A DNA stretch of 64,000 nt, taken from NCBI GenBank assembly GCA_043815445.1, contig JBDRIY010000019.1, positions 5,368-69,367 on the forward strand, in the 5' to 3' direction. Of the stretch, positions 40,905-50,945 are shown in pieces; position 1 is the first letter of the stretch, and each line of letters begins with the position of its first letter. The notes under the pieces were generated by a model. That model was given only the letters and a program-made list of their open reading frames with translations, did not search any database and had not been told where the DNA came from. A program made the translations under genes and the position numbers. The DNA is from Candidatus Omnitrophota bacterium (GTDB lineage Bacteria > Omnitrophota > Gorgyraeia > Duberdicusellales > 4484-171).

Positions 40905-42413
40905 TTACTTAATCCCTAATTCTTTCAAATAAGCCGCCATCTCTTTCTCAAGCTTCTCAAGTTTTGGCTCAAGCTCAGCCAACTCTTTAAGATTAGCTGA
41001 TATATCAATCTCAGTATCTTCCACAAAAGTATCAACATATCTTGTAATATTAAGGTTAAAGTCGTTTTCTTCAATTTCTTTAAAATTAACTTTACGAGAA
41101 AACTTATCAATATCTTTTCTCTTAATGTAAGTGTTATAAATCTTTTTAATATTATCGTCAGTTAAGGAATTTTGAGCTTTGCCCGGCTTAAACTCTTTAG
41201 ACGCTTCAATAAAAAGAATGCTCTTTTTTTTCTCATTAGCCCCGCCTGCCTCACGAGAACGATCTATAATAAGTATGGCAACCGGTATCCCTGTTGTCTG
41301 AAAAAGCCCCGCAGGTAAGCCAATGACAGCGTCAATAATGTTTTCTTCTAAAAGCTGTTGGCGAATTTTACCTTCAGCGCCGCCCCTAAACAATACCCCG
41401 TGCGGAACAATAACCGCGACACGGCCTGTTTTAGGTTTTGCTACTTCTATCATATGAGAGACAAATGCATAATCACCCTTATCTTTAGGCGGAACACCTC
41501 TAAAAAATCTATTATACCTATCATGCTCAGCACTTTCTGCTCCCCATTTTTTTAAACTAAAAGGAGGATTAGCAATAACCACATCAAATTTCATCAGCTT
41601 ATCATTCTCAACAAGCAAAGGATTGTTAAGCGTATCACCCCATTCAAGTCTCGCTGAATCTTTACCATGAAGAAACATATTCATGCGCGCAAGCTGATAG
41701 GTGCTTCCTGTTGACTCTTGGCCATATAAGGCATAATTTTTTGTATCCTGTTTCTCAACTTCTTTACCGGCTAATAAAAGAAGGCCGCCTGAGCCCATCG
41801 CCGGGTCACAAATACGATCGCCTTCTTTGGGTTGAGACAACATCGCAACCAGGGTTGCTACTGTTTTGGTAGTAAAAAATTCGCCCGCTTTCTTACCGGC
41901 ATCAGCACCAAACTTTTCAATCATATACATATAAGAGTTACCAATAATATCTTCATCGGTGTCACTTAAATCAATTTTATAAAAATCATTAATCAAATGG
42001 CGTAACATCTTATTCCGTTGTTCCTGTCTACCAAGAACAGCCTCTGAATTAAAATCAACACTAAAAACGCCTTCTAATTTACTCTTATTAATATCCTCAA
42101 TTTTATGCAGAACCTTATTTATTTCCTCACCGATATTGTCTTGTTCATGAATACTATAAATATAATCAAAAGATGTTTTAGCTGGTAAGTAGAAACGATC
42201 TGCTTTCATCTTCTCGGCAATACGCTTTTCGTCATCCCCAAAACGTTTTTTATACTTTTGGTGCTGTTTTTTTGATAAATCGCTAAGGTACTTAAAAAAC
42301 AACATTGATAAAGCATAATCCTTATAAACATCCGCATTAACCGCAGTGCGGGAAGAATCGGCCGCTTTCCATAAAACAACATTTAAATCTTCTTGCGTAT
42401 ATTTTTTTGTCAT
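40905..42413 (-). CDS. hsdM: type I restriction-modification N6-adenine DNA methyltransferase subunit
   Basis: HsdM N-terminal domain, AdoMet motif I DPAMGSGGLL and catalytic motif IV VIANPPFS. Confidence 0.95.
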   Translation of the reverse strand: MTKKYTQEDLNVVLWKAADSSRTAVNADVYKDYALSMLFFKYLSDLSKKQHQKYKKRFGDDEKRIAEKMKADRFYLPAKTSFDYIYSIHEQDNIGEEINKVLHKIEDINKSKLEGVFSVDFNSEAVLGRQEQRNKMLRHLINDFYKIDLSDTDEDIIGNSYMYMIEKFGADAGKKAGEFFTTKTVATLVAMLSQPKEGDRICDPAMGSGGLLLLAGKEVEKQDTKNYALYGQESTGSTYQLARMNMFLHGKDSARLEWGDTLNNPLLVENDKLMKFDVVIANPPFSLKKWGAESAEHDRYNRFFRGVPPKDKGDYAFVSHMIEVAKPKTGRVAVIVPHGVLFRGGAEGKIRQQLLEENIIDAVIGLPAGLFQTTGIPVAILIIDRSREAGGANEKKKSILFIEASKEFKPGKAQNSLTDDNIKKIYNTYIKRKDIDKFSRKVNFKEIEENDFNLNITRYVDTFVEDTEIDISANLKELAELEPKLEKLEKEMAAYLKELGIK

Positions 42414-42415
42414 AG

Positions 42416-43045
42416 TTATTCCCCCACTATTTTATTTAATAATCCATTAATAATATTTTTTTTAATGGCACACTTTTTTTCTAACAAAGTTATCTGCATC
42501 GAGATATTCAAGTAAAGATCCACAAGCTTGCGCTGATCTTCCACCGAGAGCAAGTTGATCTTGATATTTTCGATATCTTTACGCAATATATATTTGATAG
42601 CGGCTCCGGTCATAAGATGACTAAACTTCTGTTGGCCAATCGGAGAATTAAGATATAGCGCCAAATAATCAGGTAAAATTATGTTGTTGTCTTTAGCGCG
42701 CAATATATATACGGAAGAAGACGCTAATATTTTTTTATTTGACCTAACCACAGCAGAACGAAAAACACCTTTGTTTGAGATAACAACATCATTGGGCTCA
42801 ATAAAAGCCTTAGTGTGAGAAGTATCACAATTAGTAGCCACTAAACCAGATACATCAATAGATAAAGCATCTTTTTTAATATTTTTAGCTTGTAAGGCAA
42901 ATAAGGAGCTGCCAAAATGCTCTTCTATGGCACCACGAAAAGTGTACCCTGCGATAATGTCAACTATGTGCTTTAGCTTTATTTTATTTTTCATACGGGA
43001 AGTATACTGCAAAAAACAAAAGCTGTCAAGTATTTTTTTACGCAT
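42416..43045 (-). CDS. hsdS: half-size type I specificity subunit (single TRD)
   Basis: 209 aa with one TRD plus the conserved C-terminal coiled-coil repeat (LSVEDQRKLVDLYLNISMQITLLEKK); lies 2 bp upstream of hsdM. Confidence 0.75.
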   Translation of the reverse strand: MRKKILDSFCFLQYTSRMKNKIKLKHIVDIIAGYTFRGAIEEHFGSSLFALQAKNIKKDALSIDVSGLVATNCDTSHTKAFIEPNDVVISNKGVFRSAVVRSNKKILASSSVYILRAKDNNIILPDYLALYLNSPIGQQKFSHLMTGAAIKYILRKDIENIKINLLSVEDQRKLVDLYLNISMQITLLEKKCAIKKNIINGLLNKIVGE

Positions 43046-43526
43046 ACTGCAAGCATACTGTAAAATAGGCAGGATTTGTAGCGAATTTATTTGATTCTCA
43101 CAATCTGTAATTCAGTCCACACGTTACTTAATTAGGTATCATGTGTCCCCGGAATTTCCGGGCTTTACCCCCCCCATTAGATTTCGGTCTGTGAAGCTGA
43201 AATATTTGCTGTTTCCTAAAATACTTCCTTTTTTAAATCTCTCATTCTGATTAAAAATATATCAGCGGCGTCTTTTTTCAGCTCCGTCATCGTTCATCCC
43301 TCCTAAAAATAAAAAAACCTCCACGTTTTATTCGCGAAGGTTTTATCCGCCTGAGGCGGATAGTTCGGGATTTAGCCTTCTTAACTCGGGACTTTTGCCT
43401 AATTGTAATTATGCTTTATCTCGAAAAACAAAGTTGTCAATGGTTTCTTATAAAACCTTACTCTTCTACGCCTTCGCTTTGCTCTTGGCTTCGAAGCAGC
43501 ACCAAATCTTTGCTTCAGCAAAAATT

Positions 43527-43600
43527 TGGTGGAGCCGACGGGAATCGAACCCGTGATACCACAATGCCATTGTGGTGTGATCCCGCTTCACCACGGCCCC
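43527..43600 (-). tRNA. tRNA-Ala (anticodon GGC)
   Basis: Reverse complement folds as GGGGCCG-TG-GTGA-AGCGGGA-TCAC-A-CCACA-ATGGCAT-TGTGG-TATC-ACGGG-TTCGATT-CCCGT-CGGCTCC-A-CCA. It has the G3:U70 Ala identity pair, anticodon GGC and an encoded CCA. Confidence 0.85.
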
Positions 43601-43812
43601 GCAGAAACAAGAAGATTCTTCGCTCTGCTCAGGATTAATTCAACTAAGGGCTTTTGTGCGCAGAGTTTATCCTGAGTATTTCGAAGGGCTTCAAAAGCCT
43701 AAGTTTCATTGAATATTACCATTCATAAAGGAAATTGTCAATTGACAAAGAAAATTAGTAATGTTATGATTGAAGAAATCGTATCAATATTACTTTAATA
43801 TTATTACATTTT

Positions 43813-43895
43813 GCCGGAGTGGCGGAATGGCAGACGCGCTGGATTCAAAATCCAGTCTCCGCAAGGAGGTGAGGGTTCAAGTCCCTCCTCCGGCA
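43813..43895 (+). tRNA. tRNA-Leu (anticodon CAA)
   Basis: GCCGGAG acceptor, anticodon stem CTGGA/TCCAG with loop TTCAAAA, long variable arm and T-loop GTTCAAGTC; no CCA encoded. Confidence 0.85.
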
Positions 43896-43904
43896 TTAAA
43901 TTAA

Positions 43905-45842
43905 ATGGCACACTTCCAACTAGATAGATTTCAAGAAGAGGCGATTGAATATTCCCGCAAAGAGCATTCAGTCATTGTTAGCGCGCCTACTGGAGCGGGA
44001 AAAACTCTTATTGCTGAACATATAATTCAAGATTGTATAGACAATAATAAAGGTGTTATCTACACCGCTCCTATAAAAGCTCTTAGTAATCAAAAATTCC
44101 GTGACTTCTGCAAAAAATACCCTCAGAAAACCGGAATCCTTACCGGCGACGTAAACATAAATCGAGACGCGCCTATTTTAATTATGACTACGGAAATATT
44201 CCGTAATGCCATCATGGTTGATCCTCAAAGCTTTGAGCACCGGGAATGGGTTATCTTCGACGAAATTCATTATCTTGACGATATTGAACGGGGCACAGTT
44301 TGGGAAGAAGCAATTATTCTTTTACCTCCTAAAATGAAAATGCTGGCTTTAAGCGCTACTATTCCTAATCTTAAAGAACTGGTTTGCTGGCTTGAACAAA
44401 TCCACAACTTTCCCATAAAAACAATAATAGAAAAGGACCGCCCTGTTCCCCTTCACTTTTTGTTTCACTGCAATAATGAAATATTTTATAACTTTGAGGA
44501 ATTAAACAAATCTGACCAGTTGCGAAAAAGCCTTAAAAATCCTTCTTATCAAGAAAGTTATTTTTTTTCCAAACCTAACCAGATAAAAACTCTCTTAGAG
44601 AATATTAATGAGAATAAGGCTTCTCCTTGCGTTTATTTTTCTTTTTCGCGAAAAAGGTGTGAAATTCTAGCTCAGGAAGCCGGATATTTTAACTTCCTTT
44701 CTCCCAATGAAAAAAAGAAAATAACTGAAACTTTTGATCAACTTTTAGACAAATTTGATATCTCCGGTTCTCCTCACATAAGCTTTCTGGCATCCTTAAT
44801 TAATAAAGGTATTGCTTACCACCACGCCGGGCTTCTGCCCTCTTTAAAAGAAATAATTGAAAGACTGTTTACAACCGGCTTAATAAAACTAATTTTTACC
44901 ACTGAAACCTTTGCCTTAGGGATAAATATGCCGGCAAGAACAGTTGTCTTTGATACTATGAGCAAATTTTACGGAAGCTATCACGGTTATCTTAAAACCC
45001 GCGACTTTTACCAGATGGCCGGCAGAGCCGGAAGACGGGGTATTGATAAAGAAGGGTTTGTATTTTCTCGAATAAACCCTTCTCATATAGACATTAAATC
45101 TTTAGAAAAAATAATCTACGGAGACTACGAACCAATCAAAAGCCAGCTTAATTCCTGTTACGCGACTATCTTAAACCTTTACAGAATAATGGGAGATAAA
45201 ATTTACGATATTTATCCTAAATCATTTCACTTTTATCAAAGCAAAGCCTGGGAAAAAAAACAAGTTTTAGGGCTGCTTAAAAGAAAAATCGCTCTGCTGG
45301 AAGAGCTGGGCTACATTTCCGGTTTAAATATAACTCCTAAAGCTGAGCTTGCCGCTAAAGTTTATAGTTTTGAGTTGGCTATTGGAGAATTATTTAATCA
45401 AGGTTTCTTAGACAACCTCGATGAAGAAATCTTATTTATATTCATAATTGCTCTAGTATATGAACCGAGAAAAGGAGAAAAAAGGCCGAAATTAAATAAA
45501 AGGATAAGAGCCTTAAAAAGAGACTTGGATCGGTTTGTCCGAATTATACATGATACAGAAAAAAAATTTCATATTCTTCCCTTAAGCAAAAAGTTTTTCT
45601 TTTATCTTGCTGATGCTTCCAAAATGTGGTTTGAGGGGGCTGAGTTTTCCAGCTTAAAAAAATTCTCCAGCGTTGATGAAGGCGAGATAGTCCGTTACTT
45701 TAGAATGGGAATACAAGTGCTAAGAGAAATGTCTTCCTCCCCGATAATAAACCCTTATTTAAGAAAGAAAATTCTAAACTGCTTGAGAAAAGTAAACCGC
45801 GGCGTAGTAGACGCCCGTCAACAGTTAACCCAGGAAATCTAA
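43905..45842 (+). CDS. Ski2-like DEAD/DEAH-box (SF2) helicase
   Basis: Q-motif-like FQLDRFQEEAI, Walker A APTGAGKT, DEIH box (VIFDEIHYL), SAT motif LSATIPN and helicase C HHAGL...QMAGRAGRRG. Confidence 0.8.
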   Translation: MAHFQLDRFQEEAIEYSRKEHSVIVSAPTGAGKTLIAEHIIQDCIDNNKGVIYTAPIKALSNQKFRDFCKKYPQKTGILTGDVNINRDAPILIMTTEIFRNAIMVDPQSFEHREWVIFDEIHYLDDIERGTVWEEAIILLPPKMKMLALSATIPNLKELVCWLEQIHNFPIKTIIEKDRPVPLHFLFHCNNEIFYNFEELNKSDQLRKSLKNPSYQESYFFSKPNQIKTLLENINENKASPCVYFSFSRKRCEILAQEAGYFNFLSPNEKKKITETFDQLLDKFDISGSPHISFLASLINKGIAYHHAGLLPSLKEIIERLFTTGLIKLIFTTETFALGINMPARTVVFDTMSKFYGSYHGYLKTRDFYQMAGRAGRRGIDKEGFVFSRINPSHIDIKSLEKIIYGDYEPIKSQLNSCYATILNLYRIMGDKIYDIYPKSFHFYQSKAWEKKQVLGLLKRKIALLEELGYISGLNITPKAELAAKVYSFELAIGELFNQGFLDNLDEEILFIFIIALVYEPRKGEKRPKLNKRIRALKRDLDRFVRIIHDTEKKFHILPLSKKFFFYLADASKMWFEGAEFSSLKKFSSVDEGEIVRYFRMGIQVLREMSSSPIINPYLRKKILNCLRKVNRGVVDARQQLTQEI

Positions 45843-45960
45843 CAGGCTTCAAGCTGCAAGCTACAGGCTGCATACTTCAGACTTCAGCTTCAAGTTTAAA
45901 ATGCACACTTGAAGCTTGCAGCCTGCGGCCTGAATTCGGCCTAAACAAAAAATTTCTTGA
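45843..45960. repeat. cttcaag/gctgcaa palindrome between helicase and rpmB
   Basis: ggcttcaagctgcaagctacaggctgcatacttcagacttcagcttcaagtttaaaatgcacacttgaagcttgcagcctgcggcc. Confidence 0.7.
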
Positions 45961-45994
45961 CAATAATTTATTTGCCAGTATAGTAAATAGCACT

Positions 45995-46240
45995 ATGAGT
46001 AGAAGATGTGAAATATGCGGAAAAAAGGCTTTAACGGGAACTAGTATCAGTCGAAGAGGCTTAGCTAAGAAAAAAGGCGGTGTTGGGCTAAAGACAACCG
46101 GTATAACCAAAAGGAAGTTCTTCCCTAACCTCCAGCCTAAAAAAGCGTTTATAAACGGTAAGGTTAAAAAAATCCTCGTCTGCGCGAAGTGCCTAAAAGC
46201 TCAAAAAGTAACTCTGCCTACGAAACCCGGCAATCTCTAA
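45995..46240 (+). CDS. rpmB: 50S ribosomal protein L28
   Basis: 81 aa with MSRRCEICGKKALTGTSISRRG...; zinc-ribbon cysteines C-x2-C...C-x2-C. Confidence 0.85.
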   Translation: MSRRCEICGKKALTGTSISRRGLAKKKGGVGLKTTGITKRKFFPNLQPKKAFINGKVKKILVCAKCLKAQKVTLPTKPGNL

Positions 46241-47948
46241 TTACTAATCTAGGAATATTGTGATAGCGGTTTTTTTCCAGGGAAAATGCTATGTCAAAGG
46301 TTTCGGCGTAGTTTAAAACCTCTAAAACATCTTTATCGTAAACAATACCCTCAAATACTCTATTGTTGTCACTGAGCCAAATAGAAAAACCTGAACGTAT
46401 TTTTTGAGGAGCGCTTTTCTTAAAAATATTAAAACAAGAAAAAAGCGGCTTAGAATTTCCTTCTCCGTAAGGGCCTAATTTTTCTATATCCTCAACTAAA
46501 CCCAATTCTATATCTTCAAAATTTAATGACGCGTCTATATCAACTATGGGAATAAAATCTTCCGGAGATGAACTCTCTTTTATAAGTAAATTAATCTTTT
46601 CTTTAAAGCCCTCTAATTGGCCTTTTATAAGGCTTACCCCCGCGGCTCGAGCATGCCCGCCGTATAGAACAAGAAAATCCGAACACTTATTCAAAACTTC
46701 TAATAAATGGACACTATAGATGGAACGGGCTGAACCTTTCCCTTTATGCTCATCAAAGGAAATAACAAAACAAGGCCTAAAATATTTATCTGCCAAGCGC
46801 GAAGCTACAATTCCTAAAACTCCCTGGTGCCAACCTTCTCCTGAAACAACAATGGCATAATCACCTTTTATATTACCCTTGACATCTTCTTCTGCCGCCC
46901 GTAAGATTTGGGCTTCAATATCTTTCCTTAACAAGTTATATTCATTTAGCTTGAAAGCGTAGCTCCGGGCTTCCAAGGCATCTTTTGTTAAAAAAAGCTT
47001 AAAAGAATCAATAGCATGAGCTACTCTTCCTGAAGCATTAATCCGCGGGCCTAAAACAAATCCAATATGAAAAATATCAATATTTTCTTGTTTAATTCTA
47101 CCTACGTCACAAAGAGCTTTTATCGCCAGCCTGTTGGTTTTTCTAATTACCTCAAGGCCTTTTTTAAGCAAAATCCTATTTTCTCCTCTTAAGGGAGCAA
47201 CATCACAAACTAATGATAAAGCCACCAAATCCAAAACTTCATAACAATCAGAACCGGTTAAAGCCTGGAGAAATTTAAAAGAAAGAGCGCCGGCGCTTAA
47301 ATCCGGAAAAGGATAATTAGAATCTTTTCTTTTAGGATTTATAAAAGCAAAAGACTCAGTTATTTGATCCTTAGGGAGATGATGATCAATTATAACTACG
47401 TCTATATTTAATGAGCCGGCAAACTCCACCTCTTCATAAGCGTTTGTGCCGCAGTCAAAAGCAATAAGCAAGCTTACCCCTTCTTCAGCCGCTTTTTTGA
47501 TAGTTTTTTTATTTAAACCATAGCCTTCTTCACAACGATGAGGAATATGAAAAGAAAAAATGTCAGGATGTTTAAAGGAAAACTCATAAAATATGGCCAA
47601 AGAAGTGATACCGTCAACATCATAATCGCCGAAAACAAGAACCTTTTCTTTCCCGGTAACCGCGGCATTTACCCTTTGAACAGCTTTTTTAATATCAGGA
47701 AGTAAGTTCGGCGAATGAAGAACAGGGTGGGTTAAACCTAAAAAACAAGAAAAATCCTCTTCTTTTATCCAGCGGTTAAGAAAAATCTGGGCTAAAAAAA
47801 TCGATATATTATGTTTTTTTGCCAGCAAAGCAGCGCGGGGGTTTAGCTCTTTAATCTTCCAAAGTTTTCTTCTCATACTTCGCTCCGCTTCGTAACGCTG
47901 AAATACGCGGATATTTTTCGCGTCTATCTGTGCCTCACATTTTCTCAA
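46218..47948 (-). CDS. recJ: single-stranded-DNA-specific exonuclease RecJ
   Basis: DHH motifs VLVFGDYDVDGITSLAI and VVIIDHH, DHHA1 domain GGHARAAG and C-terminal OB-like domain. Confidence 0.9.
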   Translation of the reverse strand: MRKCEAQIDAKNIRVFQRYEAERSMRRKLWKIKELNPRAALLAKKHNISIFLAQIFLNRWIKEEDFSCFLGLTHPVLHSPNLLPDIKKAVQRVNAAVTGKEKVLVFGDYDVDGITSLAIFYEFSFKHPDIFSFHIPHRCEEGYGLNKKTIKKAAEEGVSLLIAFDCGTNAYEEVEFAGSLNIDVVIIDHHLPKDQITESFAFINPKRKDSNYPFPDLSAGALSFKFLQALTGSDCYEVLDLVALSLVCDVAPLRGENRILLKKGLEVIRKTNRLAIKALCDVGRIKQENIDIFHIGFVLGPRINASGRVAHAIDSFKLFLTKDALEARSYAFKLNEYNLLRKDIEAQILRAAEEDVKGNIKGDYAIVVSGEGWHQGVLGIVASRLADKYFRPCFVISFDEHKGKGSARSIYSVHLLEVLNKCSDFLVLYGGHARAAGVSLIKGQLEGFKEKINLLIKESSSPEDFIPIVDIDASLNFEDIELGLVEDIEKLGPYGEGNSKPLFSCFNIFKKSAPQKIRSGFSIWLSDNNRVFEGIVYDKDVLEVLNYAETFDIAFSLEKNRYHNIPRLVIRDCRVS

Positions 47949-49575
47949 CTGGAGTTATTCCTAAAAGTCCTAAGCCGCTGTGAAAAACTATTTTCAAGGC
48001 TTGAAGAAGATTAAGCCGAGCCTGAGTTATATTTTCATCTTCGGTTAATACCCTTGTTCCTTCATAAAACCTATGAAAAGCAGATGCTAAATTTCTTAAA
48101 TATTCAATAATAAATATTGGTTCTAAAGTAGAATAAGCCTTATCCAAACAATAAGAGAATTGCAATAAGGTTCTTAAAAGATTAAGTTCTTCAGGGTTCG
48201 TTAGCAATTTGCTAAATTCACTGTTGAAAGAAGGAGCCTTAGCTTTTTTAAAAATACTCTCAACCCGGGCACAAACATACTGGATATAATATAAAGGATT
48301 ATTAAAAGACATTTCTTTGGCTAAATCAATATCAAACTCTAAATGAGAAGAGTTTCTGCGAGTAAGATAATAAAATCTGGCTGTATCTTTACCTACATCT
48401 CTGATCAAATTTGAAAGTAATACCATCTGGCCTGACCTTTTCGACATCTTTTCTTTAGTCTTTAAAGTTACCAGCTGAATTATGATAATTTTTAAGATAT
48501 CTTTTTTATGTTTTAAAGCCCCGGCGTGACGTCGGGGTAAAGCCGATATGGCTGATTCTACTCTTTTAATATAACCGTGATGATCCGGGCCCCATAAATT
48601 TATTAATTTTGTGAATTTACGTTCAATTTTATCTTTATGATAAGCAATATCAGAAGCAAAATAAGTAAGTTCCCCGTCTTCCTTCCTAATGACCCTGTCC
48701 TTGTCGTCTCCGAATTTAGTGGAAGAGAACCACAAAGCGCCTTGTTTCTCGTAAATTAAGCCTTTTTCATTTAAATACTCAACCGCGGCTTCAACCTCTT
48801 TTTTATCAATAATCTTTTGCTGACTTATCCAACTATCGAATTTTATCCCTAAAGAATTTAAATCTTTTTTTATAAAATCATTAAGAATATGTTCAATGAT
48901 AAATTCCTTTAAGCTAAGCTTGTTTGGCTTCTCTAATTTATCTTTATTTTTAAGAACTTCATCGGCGATATCTTTAACGTATTCCCCGTGATAACCTCCC
49001 TCAGGAATCTTAGCTTCTTGGCCTTCAGGTGCTTGAAGCCAAGCTTGAACTGAAGAAACTAACAAATCCATCTGTTTTCCAGCATCATTTACATAATATT
49101 CTTTAACCACATCGTTTCCAAAAAATTTTAAAATATTGCCGATAGTATCCCCAACTACTGCCTGACGGCCATGAGCTATAGAAAGAGGCCCTGTTGGATT
49201 GGCGCTTAAAAATTCAAGAAGCACTCTTCTTTTTATTTTAGCTCGAAAAAAATCATCCTTATCTTGAAGTATTTTATTTAAAGAGTTTATAAGCACTTCT
49301 TGGGAAAAAAATATATTTACAAAACCCGGGCGCAATATTTCTATTCTCTCCACATCAGCCAATAACGTTTTTTCTAAAGAAGCTTTTAGCTGAGTAGCTA
49401 TTTCTAAAGGTTCTTTTTTAAGCTTTGAGGCAAGCTTTAAAGCAGCCATAGACGATAAATCACCGAACTCTTGTTTTTGAGGAAGCTCCCATAAAGGGTG
49501 TTCTAAAATTTCAGCGTAGTTGTCTTTTATGGCGTTTTCTAAAGCCTGGCTAACTTTGTCGTAAAAGCTTTTCAC
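47935..49575 (-). CDS. argS: arginine--tRNA ligase
   Basis: Class I aaRS with HIGH-equivalent SANPTGPLSIAHGR, KMSKRSG and C-terminal DALR anticodon-binding domain. Confidence 0.95.
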   Translation of the reverse strand: MKSFYDKVSQALENAIKDNYAEILEHPLWELPQKQEFGDLSSMAALKLASKLKKEPLEIATQLKASLEKTLLADVERIEILRPGFVNIFFSQEVLINSLNKILQDKDDFFRAKIKRRVLLEFLSANPTGPLSIAHGRQAVVGDTIGNILKFFGNDVVKEYYVNDAGKQMDLLVSSVQAWLQAPEGQEAKIPEGGYHGEYVKDIADEVLKNKDKLEKPNKLSLKEFIIEHILNDFIKKDLNSLGIKFDSWISQQKIIDKKEVEAAVEYLNEKGLIYEKQGALWFSSTKFGDDKDRVIRKEDGELTYFASDIAYHKDKIERKFTKLINLWGPDHHGYIKRVESAISALPRRHAGALKHKKDILKIIIIQLVTLKTKEKMSKRSGQMVLLSNLIRDVGKDTARFYYLTRRNSSHLEFDIDLAKEMSFNNPLYYIQYVCARVESIFKKAKAPSFNSEFSKLLTNPEELNLLRTLLQFSYCLDKAYSTLEPIFIIEYLRNLASAFHRFYEGTRVLTEDENITQARLNLLQALKIVFHSGLGLLGITPVEKM

Positions 49576-49643
49576 AATAACTCCTTTATCATTCCCGTAA
49601 AACTTATCCCCGTAAAAACGAAGAGCGGGAATCTAAAAAATCT

Positions 49644-50720
49644 TTAAATCCTTACTGCCTTCAGTACTTCCTTTATTTTGGCTTTAACAATCGTCGGGGA
49701 TTTTATATTTTTTATAGCAATTTGAGGATCTTTGAGGCCGTGGCCGGTAAGAGTGCAGATAATTATTATTTCTCTTTTCTCTTTCTTATAGCTATCAAAA
49801 AAACCTTTCTCATTCATCATAAATAACCCAGCCAGCGAAGCCGCTGAAGCCGGTTCAACAAAAACTCCTTCTTGTTTAGCCAAAAATTTATAAGCCGAAA
49901 GTATCTTAGCATCACTTACAGCATCAATCAACCCCTTGGATTCTTCTTTGGCGCCAAGCGCTTGATCCCAGCTTGCGGGATTGCCTATCTTGATTGCTGT
50001 AGCAATAGTCTTCGGATTTTTAACAGGATGCCCTTTAACAATAGGCGCGGACCCTTTTGCCTGAAAACCAAGCATACGCGGCAATGAATTTATTTTTTTA
50101 TAAGAATAATATTCTTTATAGCCCTTCCAATAAGCAGTAATATTGCCGGCATTGCCTACAGGCAAACAATGAAAATCAGGAGCTTTATCTAGATAATCAC
50201 AAATTTCAAAAGAAGCGGTTTTTTGGCCTTCAATACGATAAGGATTTATTGAGTTCACTAACTCTACCGGATATTTTTCGGAAATTTCCCTAACTATCTT
50301 CAAGGCCTGATCAAAATTTCCTTGAACTGCTACAACTTTAGCATTATGAATAAGAGCTTGAGATAGCTTTCCTAAAGCAATTGCTCCATCTGGTATTACA
50401 ACAATACATTTTAAATCTGCTTTTGCTGAAAAAGCTGCTGCCGAAGCCGAAGTATTCCCTGTAGAAGCGCAGATAACCGCCTTAGCTCCTTTTTCTTTTG
50501 CCTTGGAAATAGCCATAGTCATACCTCGATCCTTAAAAGAACCGGTAGGATTAAGCCCTTCATACTTAAGATAAACTCTAAAGTTAACGCCTATAACATT
50601 TGAAATTTTACGCGCGAGTATCAAAGGAGTATCCCCTTCCTGCAAGGTTATGATAGGAGTCTTATCCGTAACCGGAAGAAACCTCTTATACCTGTCAATT
50701 ACCCCATTGTACTGTTTCAT
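49644..50720 (-). CDS. thrC: threonine synthase
   Basis: PLP-lysine motif NPTGSFKDRG and fold-type II layout. The ORF-track start at 50813 extends into the ggttatt repeat array, so I use the ATG at 50718-50720. Confidence 0.9.
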   Translation of the reverse strand: MKQYNGVIDRYKRFLPVTDKTPIITLQEGDTPLILARKISNVIGVNFRVYLKYEGLNPTGSFKDRGMTMAISKAKEKGAKAVICASTGNTSASAAAFSAKADLKCIVVIPDGAIALGKLSQALIHNAKVVAVQGNFDQALKIVREISEKYPVELVNSINPYRIEGQKTASFEICDYLDKAPDFHCLPVGNAGNITAYWKGYKEYYSYKKINSLPRMLGFQAKGSAPIVKGHPVKNPKTIATAIKIGNPASWDQALGAKEESKGLIDAVSDAKILSAYKFLAKQEGVFVEPASAASLAGLFMMNEKGFFDSYKKEKREIIIICTLTGHGLKDPQIAIKNIKSPTIVKAKIKEVLKAVRI

Positions 50721-50945
50721 CTTTGCACCTTCTCGTATAATATATTTAAATAACCAATAAAAATGAATAACCAAGAAACAAGATACAAGATACAAACAAA
50801 TTCCAATCACCAATAATCAATCACCAAACAATTTAATTTGTTGTATTCTTTGGTTATTGGAATTTGATTTCATTGGTTATTGTTTGGTTATTGTATCTTG
50901 GTGTTTGGTTATTTTTCATTTTACTCCATTACTTTAATCCGCGTC
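50721..50945. repeat. family Y palindromic repeat, second copy (thrC leader)
   Basis: aataaccaataaaaatgaataaccaagaaacaagatacaagatacaaacaaattccaatcaccaataatcaatcaccaaac...ttggttattggaatttgatttcattggttattgtttggttattgtatcttggtg. Confidence 0.75.

Noticed and set aside
43411-43638. + strand ORF (75 aa) overlapping tRNA-Ala
   Set aside because: It covers the tRNA gene on the opposite strand, has no RBS and a Pro/Arg-rich artefactual translation.
45877-46110. Minus-strand ORF (77 aa) overlapping the rpmB start
   Set aside because: It overlaps the palindromic spacer and the rpmB start, with a hydrophobic low-complexity translation; this is a likely artefact.
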